IMG/VR virus record: IMGVR_UViG_3300009647_000160
Source: an uncultured virus (IMG/VR IMGVR_UViG_3300009647_000160)
Taxonomy: Duplodnaviria > Heunggongvirae > Uroviricota > Caudoviricetes
Reading direction: 5' to 3' (one strand)
DNA length: 20,000 nt
Made by a program: the position numbers and the translations under genes. Below, in pieces: positions 16,057 through 20,000 of this stretch. The notes under the pieces were generated by a model. It did no database searches, was not told where the DNA came from, and worked only from the letters and a program-made list of their open reading frames with translations. Position 1 is the stretch's first letter, and each line of letters starts with the position of its first letter.

Positions 16057-16087
16057 GAGTTGTTGTTATTGTGGCATATAGTATAAT
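16045..16087 (+). promoter_or_regulatory. Putative late promoter: GAGAGT direct repeats and -10 TATAAT
   Basis: GAGAGT at 16045-16050 and 16055-16060 (10-bp period); TATAAT at 16082-16087. Confidence 0.55.
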
Positions 16088-16112
16088 GGCAGTATAGAAA
16101 GTATACCAAAAG

Positions 16113-16146
16113 AGCCTTGTGGGAGCAATCCCGCAGGGCTTTCTTT
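16113..16146 (+). terminator. GNRA-capped hairpin with T-rich tail
   Basis: AGCCTTGTGGGA-GCAA-TCCCGCAGGGCT-TTCTTT. Confidence 0.7.
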
Positions 16147-16168
16147 ATGCCCACGAGGAGGTGAATTA

Positions 16169-16528
16169 ATGCCAATGAAACCAAAGCGACCGTGTTCCTA
16201 TCCTGGTTGCCCCAATCTCACAGACCGCAGGTACTGCGAGCAGCACGAACGCCAAGAGAGCAAGCGCTATGAGAAGTACGATCGGGACCAAGCTGCGCAT
16301 CGTAGATATGGACGCGCTTGGAAACGTATCCGTGATAGATACATTGCAGCTCACCCTTTGTGTGAGCAGTGCCAAAAGGAAGGCAGAATTACACCCGCGC
16401 AGGAGGTGCACCATATCATTCCACTCTCCCGTGGCGGTACCCACTCCGTTGACAATCTGATGGCTCTCTGTAAATCCTGCCATTCTCGGATTACTGCCGA
16501 GATGGGAGATCGCTGGCATGACCGGTAG
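16169..16528 (+). CDS. HNH endonuclease (terminase-associated type), 119 aa
   Basis: HPLCEQC...EVHHIIPLSRGGTH..DNLMALCKSCH; located upstream of terS. Confidence 0.92.
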   Translation: MPMKPKRPCSYPGCPNLTDRRYCEQHERQESKRYEKYDRDQAAHRRYGRAWKRIRDRYIAAHPLCEQCQKEGRITPAQEVHHIIPLSRGGTHSVDNLMALCKSCHSRITAEMGDRWHDR

Positions 16529-16639
16529 GGCGGTACAGATCTCTACGGCATTGGGAAGGATAACCGGGCGTGGGGCTTCGTGTTAAAAAACGCGGTTTCA
16601 AAGGGGGTATTACCCACTCAAGGAAGGAAAGTGAGTTTT

Positions 16640-17188
16640 ATGGCAAAGGACGGCTCAAACAGAGGCGGCGCTCGTGTCGGCGCTGGCGCAAAAAAGAAGC
16701 CCCTCGCTGATAAAATAGCGGAGGGCAATCCAGGCGGTAGAAAACTGACCGTTATGGAGTTCAAAAACACAGCTAATCTTAAGGGGCAGGAAATGCCGCT
16801 GCCCAAGGATATGCTCTCGGCTACCCAAAAGGACGGGAAACCGTTCGTAGCTTCCGAAATCTACGAGAACACCTGGAGCTGGCTTAAAGAGCGCAACTGC
16901 GCACATCTTGTACAGCCCCAGCTTCTGGAGCGGTATGCAATGAGCGCAGCGCGATGGATACAGTGTGAAGAAGCGGTTAGCGAATATGGCTTTCTTGCAA
17001 AGCATCCAACTACGGGCAACGCAATCGCATCACCCTATGTTTCCATGAGTCAAAGCTTCATGAGCCAGACGAACAGGCTCTGGTTCGAAATATACCAAAT
17101 AGTAAAAGAGAATTGTGCGGGGGATTACAGCGGCTCAAACCCACAGGACGACGTAATGGAACGCCTCCTTACGGCAAGACGAGGTTAA
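16640..17188 (+). CDS. Phage terminase small subunit (P27 family), 182 aa
   Basis: RGGARVGAGAKKK, GNPGGRKL, LERYAMSAARWIQCE, HPTTG..IASPYV; HNH-terS context. Confidence 0.85.
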   Translation: MAKDGSNRGGARVGAGAKKKPLADKIAEGNPGGRKLTVMEFKNTANLKGQEMPLPKDMLSATQKDGKPFVASEIYENTWSWLKERNCAHLVQPQLLERYAMSAARWIQCEEAVSEYGFLAKHPTTGNAIASPYVSMSQSFMSQTNRLWFEIYQIVKENCAGDYSGSNPQDDVMERLLTARRG

Positions 17189-17211
17189 TTTATAAGACTG
17201 GAGATATACAG

Positions 17212-18387
17212 ATGAGTAGAAGTTACAAAACAGCGGAAAGCGTTTGCGCAGGCCACCCGGATAAACTGTGCGACCTCATTGCCGACAGCATTCTGGACGC
17301 TTGCCTTCGAAAGGACAAGGCATCGCGGGTTGCTTGCGAGGTCATGGCTACCAAAGGCAAAATCATCGTGGCGGGCGAAATCACCTGCAGCGAAAAAATC
17401 GACATTCGATTCATCGTGCGGAATGTACTCCGCATTGTCGGATACAATCCATGGAAGTTTACGGTATTCGTATTCGTCCACCATCAGAGCGCAGACATCT
17501 CAGCCGGAGTGGATACCGCCTTGGAAGCAAGGAACGGTGTTTGTGACCCTTACGGGTCTGTAGGTGCCGGCGACCAGGGCACGGTTTATGGCTATGCCAC
17601 CGACGAAACACGCGAGAAGCTTCCGCTCCCTCTCGTGCTTTCACATCGAATAGTGAAACGCATTGACGACTGCCGTAAAGGAAAGCTCATCAAGGGCATT
17701 CAGCCGGACGGCAAAGCTCAGGTTACCGTGGAATATGAGGATGGCAAGCCCGTTTGTGTTAAAACCATTGTGGTTTCAGTACAGCACGACAGGGATAAAA
17801 CTCAGGAAGAACTCCGTGCCGACGTCATGAACAATGTTCTGTGGCAGTGCTTTGAGGATTTTCCTTTTGATGACGATACAGAAATCCTCATCAATCCCTC
17901 CGGCAGATTTGTCGAGGGCGGTCCCGCTGCCGACACAGGACTCACAGGCAGAAAGATTATGGTTGACACCTATGGTGGACTCGCGTCTCAAGGCGGCGGA
18001 GCGTTATGCGGAAAAGACCCCACCAAGGTTGACCGAAGCGGTGCTTATATGGCACGATACATTGCGAAAAACATCGTATGGAGTGGTCTTGCACAGCAGT
18101 GCGAGGTCGCTCTTTCCTATGCCATCGGTAAGGCAAATCCTGTGGCGGTCGATGTGAAATCTTTCGGAACAAGCGCGTTGACAGATGAAAACCTGCGCGA
18201 CATAGTGCTTGCGACCTTCAACCTGCGACCGGCGGCAATCATCGAAAAACTTTGCCTGCGCAATGCAATCTACGCCGACACGGCTGTATACGGGCATTTT
18301 AATTCCCGGCTGTTTCCGTGGGAGGATATCAACATTTACACAGAACTGAGAAAGGCGGCGGAACAATATGCAGATAGAAAAGCTTAA
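17212..18387 (+). CDS. metK: S-adenosylmethionine synthetase, element-encoded, 391 aa
   Basis: ESV..GHPDK, GAGDQG, PDGKAQVT, GGPAADTGLTGRKI.VDTYGG, GGGALCGKDPTKVDRS. Confidence 0.95.
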   Translation: MSRSYKTAESVCAGHPDKLCDLIADSILDACLRKDKASRVACEVMATKGKIIVAGEITCSEKIDIRFIVRNVLRIVGYNPWKFTVFVFVHHQSADISAGVDTALEARNGVCDPYGSVGAGDQGTVYGYATDETREKLPLPLVLSHRIVKRIDDCRKGKLIKGIQPDGKAQVTVEYEDGKPVCVKTIVVSVQHDRDKTQEELRADVMNNVLWQCFEDFPFDDDTEILINPSGRFVEGGPAADTGLTGRKIMVDTYGGLASQGGGALCGKDPTKVDRSGAYMARYIAKNIVWSGLAQQCEVALSYAIGKANPVAVDVKSFGTSALTDENLRDIVLATFNLRPAAIIEKLCLRNAIYADTAVYGHFNSRLFPWEDINIYTELRKAAEQYADRKA

Positions 18388-19672
18388 AACTGAGCAGCTG
18401 ATACCCGCCGATTATAATCCTAGAAAAGACTTGAAGCCCGGTGACCCTGAATACGAAAAGCTGAAACGCTCAATCGAGCAGTTCGGCTATGTCGAGCCTG
18501 TCATCTGGAATAAGACAACCGGCAAGGTTGTAGGCGGACATCAGCGACTGAAAGTGCTGCTTGATATGGGCATCTCCGAAGTAGAGTGCGTCGTGATAGA
18601 AATGGATGAAGAAAAAGAAAAAGCTCTCAACATCGCGCTCAACAAAATCTCCGGTGAATGGGACAAGAACAAACTGGCTCTGCTTATCACAGATTTGCAG
18701 GGTGCGGATTTCGATATATCGCTCACTGGCTTCGAGACTGCAGAGATTGAGGACCTTTTTGATGCTACAAACAAAAAAGATGTCAAAGAGGATGATTTTG
18801 ACATCGACAGTGCTTTGGAAGCAAGAGCGTTTGTGCAGCCGGGTGATGTATGGCTGTTAGGTAGGCATCGCCTTCTATGCGGCGATTCCACAAAAACGGA
18901 CGATGTCAAGGTGCTTATGGATGGCAAGCAGGCGAATCTGTGCATTACCGATGCTCCTTACAATTGCTCCTACGAAGGTGGCACTGGAATGAAGATTATG
19001 AATGACAAGTGGACAGATAGTGATAAATTCTTCCAGTTCCTTCTTGACGCGTTCAAAAATGCCTACGATGTTTTGGCTGATGGCTCAGCTATTTATGCTT
19101 TTCACTCCGATGCGGAGAAGGTCAATTTTTTCAACGCTACAGTTAATGCGGGTTTCCACTATTCCACCACCTGCATTTGGGTGAAGAATGCATTGGTAAT
19201 CGGCAGAATGGACTATCAGATGCGCCATGAGCCAATTATTTATGCTTTTAAGGATACCGCAAGACACAAGTTTTACGGAGACCGTAAACAGACTACGATT
19301 TGGGAATTTGATAAACCAACCAAATCTAAGCTGCATCCCACTATGAAGCCATTACCGCTCATCGCATATCCAATGCGAAATTCCAGCCAGGTCAACGGCA
19401 TCGTACTTGATTTGTTCGGAGGCAGCGGTTCAACTCTTATTGTTGCTGAACAGCTTGACCGTGCTGCGTGTTTAATGGAAATCGACCCTAAATACGCTTC
19501 TGTAATTGTTAGAAGGTTTACGGCCTACTGCGGAAACACTGATGCAATTTTTGTAATCCGCAACGGAGAAAAGTTGGCGTGCAAAGAAGTGTATGTTCCG
19601 ACCGAAGATGATCTGTCAATCAAGGATGGGGACGTTGAGGATTTACAGAAAGTTGGTACCGCAAATGAGTAA
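18368..19672 (+). CDS. ParB-like domain fused to a beta-class N4/N6 DNA methyltransferase, 434 aa
   Basis: YNPR..LKRSIEQFGYVEPVI..VGGHQR ParB domain; GRHRLLCGDST, motif IV TDAPY, HPTMKP, motif I DLFGGSGST. Confidence 0.92.
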   Translation: MQIEKLKTEQLIPADYNPRKDLKPGDPEYEKLKRSIEQFGYVEPVIWNKTTGKVVGGHQRLKVLLDMGISEVECVVIEMDEEKEKALNIALNKISGEWDKNKLALLITDLQGADFDISLTGFETAEIEDLFDATNKKDVKEDDFDIDSALEARAFVQPGDVWLLGRHRLLCGDSTKTDDVKVLMDGKQANLCITDAPYNCSYEGGTGMKIMNDKWTDSDKFFQFLLDAFKNAYDVLADGSAIYAFHSDAEKVNFFNATVNAGFHYSTTCIWVKNALVIGRMDYQMRHEPIIYAFKDTARHKFYGDRKQTTIWEFDKPTKSKLHPTMKPLPLIAYPMRNSSQVNGIVLDLFGGSGSTLIVAEQLDRAACLMEIDPKYASVIVRRFTAYCGNTDAIFVIRNGEKLACKEVYVPTEDDLSIKDGDVEDLQKVGTANE

Positions 19673-19784
19673 TGTGGTTTACAGTTTTTCGCAAGATGAT
19701 GGCAGCTGCAACGGCAAACTGCACGATGGCACGGTATTTCTGTTCGATGCCGCGCTTTTCCCAAGAATCGATGGTATAAGATGA
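19665..19784 (+). pseudogene. Short ORF (39 aa), possibly the truncated N-terminus of the next phage gene
   Basis: Start overlaps the methylase stop like other coupled genes here, but ends after 39 codons and is followed by non-phage-like sequence. Confidence 0.35.
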
Positions 19785-19852
19785 GGGGCAACGGCGTGGC
19801 TCTTCCCTGCGTGTGTTTTGTTCTGTCCGGAATCGTATGGGCAGCAGAAAAT

Positions 19853-19880
19853 AAAAGCGTCCATAGTTTTATGGACGCTT
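19853..19880. terminator. Perfect palindrome / terminator-like hairpin abutting the putative IS end
   Basis: AAGCGTCCATA-GTTT-TATGGACGCTT preceded by an A-run. Confidence 0.65.
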
Positions 19881-20000
19881 CAGCCTGTCGAAGAACCCAG
19901 TCGTAGCATTAAGCTGCGGCTGGGTTTTCTGCATAAATATGGCAATAAGCAAGAAGAAAGCGGAGGAAAGTAGGGTCTCGCCAGCTCCAAATTGCCAGCT
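19881..20000 (-). mobile_element. 3' end of an IS1182-like insertion sequence (partial)
   Basis: Minus frame reads ..LAIWSWRDPTFLRFLLAYCHIYAENPAAA* (stop at 19909-19911), resembling the NLKKLAxW ending of IS1182 transposases. Followed by hairpin AACCCAG..CTGGGTT and terminus-like CAGCCTGTCGAAGAA. Confidence 0.55.

Larger units (their letters stand above)
4590..19784 (+). mobile_element. Prophage-like element (replication module and start of packaging module), apparently truncated on the right
   Basis: Co-oriented, translationally coupled DUF2800-DUF2815-PolA-VapE-VRR-NUC-SNF2-RinA-like-HNH-TerS-MetK-MTase gene order. Confidence 0.9.

Noticed and set aside
17212..18387. metK as a host housekeeping gene marking the prophage boundary
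   Set aside because: Embedded between terS and a phage-type methylase with a 23-nt gap and an overlap, leaving no room for its own promoter or SAM riboswitch leader.

Overview
Firmicutes (Clostridia-like) accessory DNA made of at least three mobile pieces; all family assignments are from motif recognition, not database searches. (1) 1-~3507 is the end of an integrative element. It has two tandem large serine recombinases, a terminator, a small stand-alone gene resembling the Spo0A C-terminal DNA-binding domain with two tandem 0A boxes in its promoter, and an XRE regulator. It ends at a junction that cuts a type I R-M hsdM gene just before its SAM-binding motif. (2) ~4590-19784 is a prophage-like element. 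The replication module is DUF2800 nuclease, DUF2815 SSB, a family A DNA polymerase with a 308-aa LAGLIDADG intein, a GIY-YIG-like ORF, DUF4406-like, VapE primase/helicase followed by an iteron-rich putative origin, VRR-NUC and SNF2. It continues with a RinA/ArpU-like regulator, HNH, small terminase, SAM synthetase and a ParB-fused DNA methylase, then appears truncated. (3) The last ~120 bp look like the end of an IS1182-like element. No CRISPR array, tRNA or rRNA was seen.
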